This document shows positions 52,543-64,000 of a stretch of 64,000 bases of DNA, piece by piece; within the stretch, counting starts at the first letter, position 1, and the number at the start of each line of letters is the position of its first letter. This DNA is from Octopus sinensis. Lineage: Eukaryota. A program made the translations under genes and the position numbers. The notes under the pieces were generated by a model. That model was not told the DNA's origin. It did not search any database and worked only from the letters and a program-made list of their open reading frames with translations. The DNA lies in assembly GCF_006345805.1 (NCBI RefSeq), contig NC_042997.1, positions 173,910,001-173,974,000 on the forward strand, written 5' to 3'.

Positions 52543-52737
52543 TAGTTTCACGTACATTTTAATCTGTTTGTCAAAGTGTATGCCTCGTTCGCCAATGAAC
52601 TCGCGCAATATCTAATTGATCTCAAAGAAAGCAAGTTTGACATTTCTGAAAGGAATAATTTTACAGAAATACTACGTCTGTGCAAAATTACACGTCCTTT
52701 TACTGACGAAATAGTTGATTTTTCAATGCAATTTCTT
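52543..52737 (+). CDS. Candidate exon or unrecognised coding remnant (..VKVYASFANELAQYLIDLKESKFDISERNNFTEILRLCKITRPFTDEIVDFSMQFL)
   Basis: Non-repetitive, about 65 open codons with helical amphipathic composition. The opposite strand is also open with a strong acceptor, so the strand is uncertain. Confidence 0.15.
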
Positions 52738-53186
52738 GTAAACAAAACAAAACAAAAAAAAGCAATTTTAAAAAATAGGGGAAAATAACTAGTTTATATT
52801 ATTAAATGAATAATAATAAATATATAAATTTTTTTTTTAATGGTTTAAGAAAATAACCGACAAAAATAACTTGTTCTCAATAGAAAAACAACTTGTTTCG
52901 TTGAGTAGACTAGCAAGTTATATCTATGTCTTCACAATAGTGACTCTGGATAGAAACCTATTTATACTGTGCACACAGAAAATAAGACATAACTAAATGA
53001 TAAGTCCACACATACGGAGGTAAAATAAATACGTTGGTAAAATAAATCTAATCGTATGATAAACTCATACGGCCTTTTTTTTTTTTACCGTTTATTTCAA
53101 TTTTCTGCAATGTTATTTGAATTAACAGGAGAAATGAATTTATCGTAGTGTTTATGTTTTCTTTTGTTACTCTCTCTCTCTCTCTC

Positions 53187-53669
53187 TACTCTCTTTTACT
53201 CTTTTACTTGTTTCAGTCGTTTGACTGCGGCCATACTGGAGCACCGCCTTTAATCGAGCAACTCGACCGCGGGACTTATTCTTTTCTAAGCCCAGTACTT
53301 ATTCTATCGGTCTCTTTTGCCGAACCGCTAAGTAACGGGGACATAAACACACCAGCATCGGTTGTCAATCAATGCTAGGGGGACAAACACAGACACACAA
53401 ACACACACACGCATATAATATATATATAATATAATATATATATATATATATAAATAGATAACTTAGAGATGTTCGACCAATGATTGGTCCAGGCATATAT
53501 ATACACATATACGACGGGCTTCTTTCAGTTTCCGTCTACCAAATCCACTCACAAGGCTTTGGTCGGCCCGAGGCTATTGTAGAAGACACTTGCCCAGGGT
53601 GCCACTGCCTGAACCCGGAACCATGTGGTTGGTAAACAAGCTACTTACCACACAGCCACTCCTGCGCCT
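53187..53669 (-). mobile_element. SINE family B, full length, with nested CR1-tail fragment at 53460-53495
   Basis: Head CCTGCGCCT at 53661-69, tail ACTCTTTTACTTGTTTCAG; central microsatellite contains ACTTAGAGATGTTCGACCAATGATTGGTCCAGGC. Confidence 0.92.
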
Positions 53670-54020
53670 ATTTTCATTTTTTTAAAAATTTGAATTAAAT
53701 TTTACCTCATTTCAGACATTTGTGGATGGAGTACCAGGTAGAAAATGAAACCAACGTGTTCATTTGAGAACTTAATAGTAACTATAGATATTAACGTGTT
53801 TACGTTGCAATCACAGAGAGACAGACAGACAGAGATAGACAGATAAGCAGACAGAGACACAGAGAGAAAAAAATTCACACACATGAAATTATGTAGCTAA
53901 GAGATACATACGTACTCTGAGGTACGCAACTCACCCTCTTCTGAACTTGTATTTTTCACTGAAAGTAGTTAGTAAATAATTAAAAATTAATTAATACTAA
54001 GACAACAGAAATGTCTGCTT

Positions 54021-54328
54021 AAGGCGCGTGGCTCAGTGGTTAGAGCGTCAGGCATACAATCGCAATGTACCGAGTTCGATTCCTGGACTGCGTGTTGTGC
54101 TTTTCTTGAGCAAGACACTTTATTTTTACATTTGTTTTGTTGGGTAATGTAGAAATGAGCTGCGACGTACTGGCTTTGGATAACATCGGTGGCTTGGAGA
54201 CAGGAGGCTGACGTGCATGGGCAACTGCTGGTCTTCCATAAATAACATTGCCCGGACTTGTGTCTCGGAGGGGAACTTTCTAGGTGCAATCCCATGGTCA
54301 TTCGTGCCCGAAGAGGGTCTTTACCTTT
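54021..54328 (+). mobile_element. SINE family C (tRNA-derived)
   Basis: A box TGGCTCAGTGG, B box GAGTTCGATTCC, CTTGAGCAAGACACTT core-like motif, tail GAAGAGGGTCTTTACC. Confidence 0.85.
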
Positions 54329-54523
54329 AGGTTTTATATACATTTGAAAAAGTGAATACAACTAATTCTTCTGGTAATTTTTCCACTTTAATAATTAGAT
54401 ATTTATAAGTTTACAAGACATATAAACTTCTAATTATTAAAGTGGGAAAATTATCAGAAAAGTCATTTCTATTAATTTTTTCAAATATACAATACTGTAC
54501 CATGGTTTTTCTATTTCCTTTTC

Positions 54524-54563
<40 letters not shown>

Positions 54564-54929
54564 CGAAGCGTTAGCGCAAAGCTGTGCTTAGGTATGAGCA
54601 GAATTTAGGCTAGTTCAAATATGTTTGTGACACATTTCAACTGCTAAAATATACTGCAGTTACAGTGGAAAATAAGTCACTCTTATGGTAAAAGGTGTGA
54701 AAACACCGATTCGTTCAATGTCGCCATCTATCAGGCATCACAGACATCGATGTTTCGAGCTATTTTGGCTCCTGTTAATGACAAAGGTAACTCGAGCGAT
54801 CTATTAGCGCAAATCAACTAGCAACAACAACAACAATAATAACAGCAATAACAACAGCAACAACAATAACAATAAATATATAAATTCATCACAGCTGAAA
54901 CACCATTGAATTTAAGACTGCGCTAACAG

Positions 54930-55200
54930 AGTTGACCTGGGATTAAACAGCTCTTTCACAACAATCACCATGAAGCCCGGACTAAAACCTGAGAAAGGTG
55001 AGCAAACAAGTGAGTCCCTACGTAGTCATTAGACCTGCTAAATACTCAAAACAACCCTAGTACTTCCATTAGATAATGTGGTCCTAGGTTTTCAGCATAT
55101 ATGGTGAGTGAAGTGAGGGAGGAAAACAAAGCTGTGGTGTTCAACGCTAGAAATAGTAAGTCTGCGTAATCAAGGCTGACCTGGAGCTATACAACAACAC
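54930..55200 (+). mobile_element. Old SINE-like family D remnants
   Basis: GTTGACCTGGGATTAAAC, GTCATTAGACCTGCTAAAT and GGCTGACCTGGAGCTATACAACAAC. Confidence 0.45.
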
Positions 55201-55859
55201 CCGTGTCACAACACTACCACTACAATTACAAGAACCACAGCCTCGACTACCATCAACACGAACACCACCAAAACCAACTCCAACACCACAGCAACCCAGA
55301 CCACCACCAGCAACAACGCTTCAACCATCATCACACCTTAGTGATGACGATGGGGGTGGATGAATGGTGCTATGAAAGGTAGTGGTGGTGGTCATGGCAA
55401 CAGCGGCGGTGATGGTTGTAGTGGTGGTAGTGGAAGTGGTGGTGGTGGGGGTTGTCATCGTCGTGTCGACGGTGATTGCGGTGGTGCTGGTTGCGGTGTG
55501 GAGACTGTGGTGGTGGTCGTCATCGGGGTGAAGGTGGTGAATGGGTGACGGGTGGAGTGGGAACGGAGTGTGCTTGTCGGTTAAAGAGGTGGGAAAAGCG
55601 GAGATTATTGTGATAGGGGTGAGTATATGTGGTATTCATGATGGTGGTAGTGGTGGTGGTGGTCGTAGTGAGGTTGGCGATGATGGTTAAGTTGCTGCTT
55701 GTAATGGATAGCTTCTTGATGGCGTTGGCGGAAGTTGGGACCGCGGGCAGTGGGTATAGGGTGGAGTGAAGGCGTTGGGACATGAAGAAGGCGCCATAGC
55801 TACAGAAAGGTTTCAGCATCGAAAACTAACACGCTGTACGTTGTGTGTGTGTGTGTGTG

Positions 55860-55893
<34 letters not shown>

Positions 55894-56237
55894 ATGTGTG
55901 TGCGTGTGTGTATGTGTACGTTTGTATGTATCTAGGTGTCGTGTATGTATATTTTTATGTATACATGTATGCGTGCATGTATGTATATATGTATGTGTGT
56001 ATATGTATGTGTGTGTATGTATGTATTATGTATGTGTGTATGCCTGTATGTATATATGTGTGTGTGTATGCATACGCGTGCACTCGTTTTTATGGGAGCG
56101 TTTGTGGATAGATAAATCTAAAATGCATACATATACAAAATTACATATAGCATAAACAAGAATATACACACACACACACACACACATACAAACATACAAT
56201 CATATATGTGTATGGCGTGTGTGACAAAGTGTGTGCG

Positions 56238-56273
<36 letters not shown>

Positions 56274-56274
56274 G

Positions 56275-56294
56275 AGGTAGATAGATATATATAT

Positions 56295-56348
<54 letters not shown>

Positions 56349-56357
56349 TAGATAAGG

Positions 56358-56405
<48 letters not shown>

Positions 56406-56414
56406 CATATAGAC

Positions 56415-56500
<86 letters not shown>

Positions 56501-56550
56501 GCAGACAGACAGAAAAATAGATAGATAGATAGATAGATAGACATATAGAC

Positions 56551-56635
<85 letters not shown>
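56275..56635. repeat. (GATA)n/(GACA)n microsatellite
   Basis: Direct observation. Confidence 0.95.
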
Positions 56636-57646
56636 CACACGTGGAAATACACACACACACACACACACTGCAAATAAATGGATATAGATATGTAAACTAT
56701 CAAATACACTGTAGTCTGTGTATGTGTGTGCGCACGCATGTGTGTGCGCACGCATGTGTGTATATACATAATTAATGCACACACATAAATATACATTTCT
56801 AAGTATGTATGTATGTGCAGAATATATCAATATTACTTTGCAGCCTTTTGTATATTCGTGTGTGTGTGCGTGTGTATGTACATGTGTGTATGTGTGGGCG
56901 TTTGCATGTGTGTGTAAATATGTATGTGTATATGACCGCATGCAAGCCATGTGCCATTAGAATCGACGGTGATATCGAATAATGTGTGGGGCAGCGGATT
57001 AAGGGGTGGGCAGAGTGTTTTTTTTTTCCCTCTTACTTCCCTCCCTCCCTCCCTCCCTCTACTCACCTCTAGCATCACTTATATCTTATTCTTACCACCC
57101 CACCATCACTACTACCTAACCAACCAAACCATCTACCTTCTTTTCTATTTCCTTTCAACCATTTTCTAGCCTCGCACTACCACCACCACCACCACAACCA
57201 CTACCACCACCACCACCACCAACGCCATGGTCGTCTTCCATTCGTCTTCCATTCTACAGTCGTCGCTTCGGCCAGAACAGCTTCGCCACCCAGATGCTGG
57301 CCATATCGGGTTTCACCTGGAGAAATTGGTGTAGAGGTTTCTCCTCTCACCGGAAGTCACCGCAACTGTCCCGTCGATATCTTTCTTTTACAACTGTTCT
57401 ATTTCAGTTTCACACTATTAACAATAGGCGACATTTCCTTCCCGTCCGTCCCCATCTTCTCCTCATCTCCTTTGCTCTGTTCTCTTCATGTTGTTGCTGT
57501 TGTTGTTGTCTCTTTTTGTTACTTGTTTTTGTCTCTTTTGATTTTTTGCTCTGTGTCTTTGTTTACAACTTTTCTGTGTCTTGTTTTGTTCTACGCGACA
57601 TTGTGTGTGTGTATGTATGTGTGTGTACACAAACGTATATTCATAT

Positions 57647-57818
57647 AGGCGCAGGAGTGGCTGTGTGGTAAGAAGATTGCTTCCTAACCACATGATTCTG
57701 GGTTCAGTCCCATTGCGTGGCACCTTGAGCAAGTGTCTTCTACTATAGCCTCGGGCCGGCTAAAGCACAGTGAGTGGATTCAGTAGACGGAAAGTGAAAG
57801 AAGCCCGTCGTATACATG

Positions 57819-57856
<38 letters not shown>

Positions 57857-58115
57857 CGTGTGTACGCATATATTTGTGTATGTTTGTCCCCCCACCATCG
57901 CATGACAGCCGATGTTAGTGTGTTTACATCCTTGTAACGTCGCGGTTTAGCAAAAGAGACTGATAGAATAAATACTGGGCTTACAAAGAATAAGTCACAG
58001 TCTAATGACCGAAAGAAGTAAAATAATAAAGAATACCCGATCGCTATTCCACTTAAACACATCGACGCGGTGCCCCAGCATGGCCGCAGTCCAAAGACTG
58101 AAGCAAGTAATAAAT
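57647..58115 (+). mobile_element. SINE family B, full length
   Basis: AGGCGCAGGAGTGGCTGTGTGGTAAG head with GGGTTCAGTCC B-box, central (TA)(TG)n, tail GCATGGCCGCAGTC. Confidence 0.92.
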
Positions 58116-58215
58116 AAAAGTAATACATATGCGAGCATTTAACCTTCTTGAAAGAGTCGCCAAATATCCCACAAATTAAACTCTTTCTGTCTAGAAAAGA
58201 ACATGCATTAGTCTC

Positions 58216-58428
58216 TACTCTTTTACTTGTTTCAGTTATTTGACTGCGGCCATGCTGGAGCACCGCCTTTAGTCGAGCAAATCGACCTCAGGACTTATTT
58301 TTTGTAAGCTTAGTACCTATTCTATCGGATTCTTTTGCCGAACCGCTATGTTACGGGAGTGTAAACACACCAGCATCGGTTGTCAAGTGATGTTGGGTGG
58401 ACAAACGCAGACACAAAAACATGTATAT

Positions 58429-58479
<51 letters not shown>

Positions 58480-58632
58480 TTAGATATGTTTCGACCAGAG
58501 ATTGGTCCAGGCCATGTCTAACTTAATAACACCACCTGATAGGATTATTCGAATCCTGTTTATATATATATACATTCAGTTTCCGTTTACCAAATCCACC
58601 CACAAGGCTTTAGTGGGCCTGTGGCTATAGTA
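58216..58632 (-). mobile_element. SINE family B (head lost) with nested CR1 3' tail at 58476-58561
   Basis: Tail ACTCTTTTACTTGTTTCAG; 58476-58561 is the reverse complement of 14940-15025. Confidence 0.9.
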
Positions 58633-58649
58633 TAATTTTTTATAATACT

Positions 58650-58862
58650 TTGCGTCGGTATCATCGTCCTAATAACGCAAAATACCGACTCATTAGGTTG
58701 ATGTATAAAATCCATTTGCTAGATTTCGTTCAAGATGTTTTTATCACTTATTTTGCGTATCATTGTTGAGACAAATTCAAATTAGCCGGTCAAGAAATAG
58801 GATGTATCGATTAACTTGATTAATCAATATTTTGCTGTATTAGTACAATGATATCGACGCAA
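58650..58862. mobile_element. Possible ~213-bp MITE
   Basis: 15-bp inverted termini TTGCGTCGGTATCAT / ATGATATCGACGCAA (14 of 15 match); no clear TSD. Confidence 0.35.
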
Positions 58863-59218
58863 TATATATTAACAATAATAATATAATAACATTCTTCCGA
58901 TAAAATCTTAATGAAACAATTGTAGAATTATGCAATAAAACCATTTACTCACTTGTTATATATGTAAGTATATATGTTCATGTGTGTGTCTGTGCATCAT
59001 ATCTTTATATACACACACAGTAGATGGGCAGGCGGTTGTTAATCAAAGCATTTATTGATATATAAATATGAATATAAATATAATTAAGCAATAAATAAAT
59101 AACAAGAAATAAGGAAAGTGGGGGTTCATGGTATCCTTCTTAGATAGGTTGATATACTGAAAGTTCACACTCTAGCATCAAAGATATAAAAAAAGGAGGA
59201 TCCGAGTAGTTATCCGGA

Positions 59219-59383
59219 AAGGAGTGGCTGTGTGGTAAGTAGCTTGCTTACTCACCACGTGGTTCCAGGTTTAGTCCCACTGCGTGGCACCTTGGGCAAG
59301 TGTCTTCTACAATAGCCTCGGGCCGACCAAAGACTTGTGAGTGGATTTGGTAGACGGAAATTGAAAGAAGCCCATCATATGTA

Positions 59384-59439
<56 letters not shown>

Positions 59440-59444
59440 GTTGT

Positions 59445-59481
<37 letters not shown>

Positions 59482-59680
59482 TTGGGTATCTGCGTTGTCC
59501 CCCCAAAATCGCTTGACAACCGATGCTGGTGTGTTACGTCCCCGTCACTTAGCGGTAAGGCAGAAGAGCCCGATAGAATAAGTACTAGGCTTACAAAGAA
59601 TAAGTCCTGGGGTCGATTTGCTCGACTAAAGGCGGTGCTCCAGCATGGCCACAGTCAAATGACTGAAACAAGTAAAAAGA
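59219..59680 (+). mobile_element. SINE family B, near full length
   Basis: Head GGAGTGGCTGTGTGGTAAG through tail GACTGAAACAAGTAAAA. Confidence 0.93.
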
Positions 59681-60029
59681 AGGTTAATGTTATCATTCCA
59701 ATTTCACTAATAAGAGAGAGCAGAATACGGGTTATTCCTTACAGTTTTTCTGTGTGAGGTGCTCAAAAGTGCACTACTGGGTGATGTATGGACATAAACA
59801 TGAAGTAGATTGGTGTTAGCTAATGTTCATGAAATAGCATAAGTTTCAATTATATAAAACACTCACCCCATATCTTAAAATAATAATAATGAAATTATTG
59901 TATACAGAGCCCAGGTGCACCACAAAGAATAGTTGAACACAAAACGTAAAACCTGGAATTAAATATTGAAACGTATCTTTCCAACGTGCTAAGGATTCCT
60001 TCTGGACTCTGTTTATATGTGGCTGAGTA

Positions 60030-60375
60030 TGTGTGTCTAACTGTGTGTGTCACTGTGTGTCTGTGTGTTATTGTGTGTGTGTGAGTGGACGTGTGTGTAT
60101 GCGTTAGCGTATGTGCGTGTAGGTGTTTGTATCGACGTATGAGCGTGTCTGTCTTTGTGTGTGTGTGTCATTGTGTGTGCGTGTATGTGTGTGTCATTGT
60201 ATGTGTGTGTGTGTCATTGTTTGTGTGTGTGTGTGTCATTGTTTGTGTGTGTGTCATTGTTTGTGTGTGTCATTGTGTGTGTGTTATCGTGTGTGTATGT
60301 TATTGTGTATGTGTGTCTTTCTGTGTGTGCGTGTGTGTGTGTGTTTGTGTGTGCGTGCGTGCGTGTGTGTATCTG
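60030..60375. repeat. (TG)n with periodic TCAT interruptions
   Basis: Direct observation. Confidence 0.9.
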
Positions 60376-60934
60376 TGCACTGTGTCCATTTGTAAAATGC
60401 CAGTCATTTTTTCATAAATTCTCTATTCTTCGTTCTTTCGTTTACTTTCAATTTCTTTCAACATCTTTACATTATCTCCGATTCTTATATTTTATTTTCA
60501 TTTCCCTTTTAAACCTTTAAGTTGGTCTTTCATTTCACTTTTACATCTCCTTTTCATCTTTTCTTTCTACTCTGCCAGTCACCTTTCTGTTTTTTTTTTC
60601 CTATCTTTTTTTATGGAAATGTTTTACTCTATAAAAATTTCGCCTACGCTCTTACGATTATCAGCATCGTCGTCGTCGTCGTCGTCGTTATCGTTATCAG
60701 CTTCCTCCTCATCATTATATCATCATCCTCATCATCATCATCATCATCATCATAATCAGCAACAATGGCTACAACAGCAACAACAACAGCAATAACAAAC
60801 CATTTTCGCGCCAGCAGTAATTTATATTAACAATATTAGCATTAGCGAATTCATCTCCATTAATATATAAATTACCAATCTCATTAGTACGACAGCCATC
60901 ATCTCCATTACTACTGCCGCTGCTCCATTACTAT

Positions 60935-60982
<48 letters not shown>

Positions 60983-61541
60983 AAATACTGAAATGTTAAT
61001 TTTAAAAATGAGTCAACGACAAAACTTCTGTGCGGTCGTTCATCCTGCAGGCAAATCTCCCTCAAGCTATCATCCGGTACTCTGAAAACAAGCAAACGTT
61101 AGACGATGTGACATAAAGTATACTGGGCTAAAAAAAAAAATAGAAAAAGAAAGGACAAGATGATCATGGTTAGAAGGCCTTGGGTTATACATCTGCTGGA
61201 TTACGGTTAACTTTGCTCTAAGCAACGACATAAATAAAAGAAAATGAATACAACTTCTTTGAATATATAACCATGTATTCCCGTAAATAAGTGATGAAAA
61301 TTTGAAGATACATAGACAAAATTGTATCTCAGAAATTTTATTTATTACATAACTATTATTTGTACGTGATCAACTGGAGCGGTGAGGCATATTGGTCTTA
61401 TGCTATGACTTCCGTTCGACTCAAAATCTTTGCGTCATGGTGAATGGCACATATTCTAAGAAAACTTCAAACGGTAGTACCCCAGCATGACCACAGCTTT
61501 AAAGCTAAAACACTTTAAAGAATTTAAAGAAAATTCACGAC

Positions 61542-61707
61542 AGGCGTAGGAGTGGCTGTGTGGTAAGTAGCTTACTTACCAACCACATGGTTCCGGGTTC
61601 AGTCCCACTGCGCGGCACTTTGGGCAAGTGTCTTCTACTATAGCCTCGGGCCGACCAAACCCTTATGGGTAGATTGGTAGGCAGAGGACTGAACGAAGCC
61701 CGTCGTA

Positions 61708-61770
<63 letters not shown>

Positions 61771-62014
61771 GTGTGTGTGGTGTGTGTGTGTGTGTATGCG
61801 TTTGTGTGTCTGTCTTTGTCCCCCAACATCGCTTGACAACCGATGCTGGTGTGTTTACGTCCCCGTTACTTAGCGGTTCGGCAAAAGAGACCGATAGAAT
61901 AAGTACTAGACTTACAAAGAATAAGTCCTGGGGTCGATTTGCTCGACTAAAAATGGCGGTGCTCCAGCATGGCCACAGTCAAATGAGTGAAACAAGTAAA
62001 AGAGTAAAAGAGTA
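61542..62014 (+). mobile_element. SINE family B, full length
   Basis: AGGCGTAGGAGTGGCTGTGTGG...CCGGGTTCAGTCCC...GTAAAAGAGTAAAAGAGTA. Confidence 0.93.
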
Positions 62015-62124
62015 ATAGTTGTTATGCCAGAAGCAACTTAAATCTTAGATATCTAGAAAATGTGAGCAACAAAGGCCTTTGGGGATTTTTTTCTTTTTTT
62101 CTTTATCATTTTCTATTTTTTTTA

Positions 62125-62385
62125 AAGTCTAGCAAGAATCCACCAGCCAGCAAATGGTGCCGAAGAAGACCAGTGGAAAATATAGCAAGGCAAACTTTGA
62201 ATAAGAATCGAGAGAGGAAAAGACAAGTAGGACACTTGGGATCACGTTGGAAGATCGAGAGAAGAGGAATTCAAGTTCACGGAGATGACATGGAACCAAG
62301 AGTAAAGAATGAGTACTGCAGAGAACATGTTGGAAAATTGTTGTGGAAAATCTGTTTCACCAGGAATCCAGACTTTAGTTAGTTA
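62125..62385 (+). mobile_element. Possible RTE-clade LINE 3' end (highly decayed)
   Basis: RRRPV...RQT, W...VV..L motifs and a TTAGTTAGTT tail resemble RTE ORF ends; weak. Confidence 0.35.
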
Positions 62386-62445
62386 ATATTCAGTTCATTT
62401 CTAGGCGGCGAGCTTGACAGAATCGTTAGCACACCGGGCAAAATG

Positions 62446-62491
<46 letters not shown>

Positions 62492-62549
62492 TGTGTGTGT
62501 GTGTTGTGTGCCTTGGTAGGCTGAATTTATTCGCATATTTCTGTATATT

Positions 62550-62765
62550 AAGGCGGCCAGCTGGCAAAATCGTTAGCACATGGGCTAAAATGATTCGAGG
62601 CGTTTTGTCTGTCTTTAAGTTCTGAGTTCAAATTCCGCCGAGGGCGACTTGGCGTTTCATCCTTTCGGGGTCGGTAAAATAAGTCCCAGTTGAACAATGA
62701 TATTGATGTAATCGACTTAACACCTACCCCAAAACTGCTGGCTTAGTGTTCAAATTTGAAATCAA
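62550..62765 (+). mobile_element. SINE family A (A2), with an orphan head at 62403-62445
   Basis: AAGGCGGCCAGCTGGCAAAATCGTTAGC...GAGTTCAAATTCCGCCGAGG...CAAATTTGAAATC. Confidence 0.88.
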
Positions 62766-63527
62766 TATTTAGCTCATTTTATCTTACATTTCACCTCTAT
62801 ATATTTTTGCAAATTTTTTTCTCGGTGAACAAACGGGAAATGTATAAAAGAATTTCTGACACTGGCACGAGGAAGTAACAAACTCTGGGAATAGAAGAGT
62901 TGATCGAATCGGCATAAGAGATTAACTTGTACTTATTTTGTAGACCCCTGAAGTTAACCTTGACAAGATTTGAACTCAGAATCTAAAGAAGCGTAACTAA
63001 CCACCACAAGGCATTTAGTTTGAAATTCGACCAAGTTTGCAAATCTACGGCCCTAACGAGGAGTGTGTATATAATGAAACTTAAGACTCCATTCTAGTGT
63101 AACGAAAGTTCTTTAAGCATAAGCATAGTGACCCTGGACTCCATTCCGCCCATTTAGTGTATGTATTCTCCATAACTCTTTCTTTACACATTAGCTTTAT
63201 AATTAACGTCTGAATTGTGATGGATATCATTGACCAACTCATCCATGACCAATGGATGCTCTCCAGGCATCCATGTCAATAGTACATAAGTGACAGATAT
63301 TTTTAACTGAAGTGGTTTGTTACCACGGTTGAGCACTTCTCGCCAGCCTTGTCTTTTTTGTTTTTCAGATATTTTGTTCAAATATGAAAAACGTCAATAA
63401 ACACGTGTGTATCTGTGTATCTGTGTATAGCATATTCTTTTCCTTTCTCTCACTGCTTCTCTCTCTCCCTCTCTCTCTGTCTTTTCTCTCTTTCACTCTG
63501 TATATGCATTACTCTCTCCTTTTCTCA

Positions 63528-63615
63528 CTTTTACTTTTTTCAGTCATTTGACTGCGGCCATGCTGGAGCACCGCCTTTAGTCGAACAAATCGATCCCAGG
63601 ACTTATTCTTTGTAA
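63528..63615 (-). mobile_element. SINE family B tail fragment
   Basis: CAGTCATTTGACTGCGGCCATGCTGGAGCACCGCCTTTAG...GGACTTATTCTTTGTAA. Confidence 0.9.
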
Positions 63616-63746
63616 AAATAATAAGCAACCTTAATCAATATTTGAACCTTATTGTATTCTCATCAGAGGCATCCACATCATTCTGATATTTATTTATCTA
63701 TCTATCGTCACATACGCACGCAGACACGCACACATGAGCGCGTACG

Positions 63747-63793
<47 letters not shown>

Positions 63794-64000
63794 TATAAAT
63801 GTAAGGCTCCGATCATCAACTGGTAAACGGAGCCTAGTTTTTTCTTGAATATGCATTGTCTGAATATCTCTTTAAATATGAATTAAAAGTTTGAAGAAAG
63901 CGCTTATCCTTATGTTCTTTCGTTTAAAAACCTGGTTCTCGTGGTAATATTTTTATCACCAGAAACGAAATCAAAAGCGTGAGCATGAAGCAACCGTTTC

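Noticed and set aside
54021-54095. tRNA gene
   Set aside because: A and B boxes are present but continue directly into SINE body and tail; no convincing acceptor stem.
63184-63381. 65-aa non-repetitive ORF
   Set aside because: No splice or homology support; the length is within chance expectation.

Overview
AT-rich eukaryotic, repeat-saturated DNA with no confidently identifiable host gene. The SINE families and microsatellite load point to an octopus (inference from recalled repeat sequences, not a search). It contains: about 25 tRNA-derived SINE copies of at least 4 families; decayed LINE remnants of four clades (CR1-like, RTE, R4/Dong with CCHC finger and restriction-like endonuclease, Penelope-like RT plus GIY-YIG); non-autonomous DNA transposons (a Merlin-like and a hAT MITE with perfect 8-bp TSDs, a Tigger-like MITE and transposase remnant, two Helitron/Helentron-like elements); many microsatellites; two local tandem duplications; and a 100-N gap. 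Nearly all ORFs in the supplied track are microsatellite artefacts. The most notable signals are: (1) seven minimal hammerhead-ribozyme-like motifs, two embedded in long head-to-head fold-back elements (30.8 kb and 37.7 kb); (2) four R4/Dong 3' ends stacked in one (TAA)n tract, plus a non-coding TAA-targeted element; (3) very short CR1 3' tails inserted in the (TA)n core of SINEs; (4) recurrent SINE dimers with an identical palindromic junction; (5) weak evidence for paralogous terminal exons on the minus strand at 9.9-17.3 kb.
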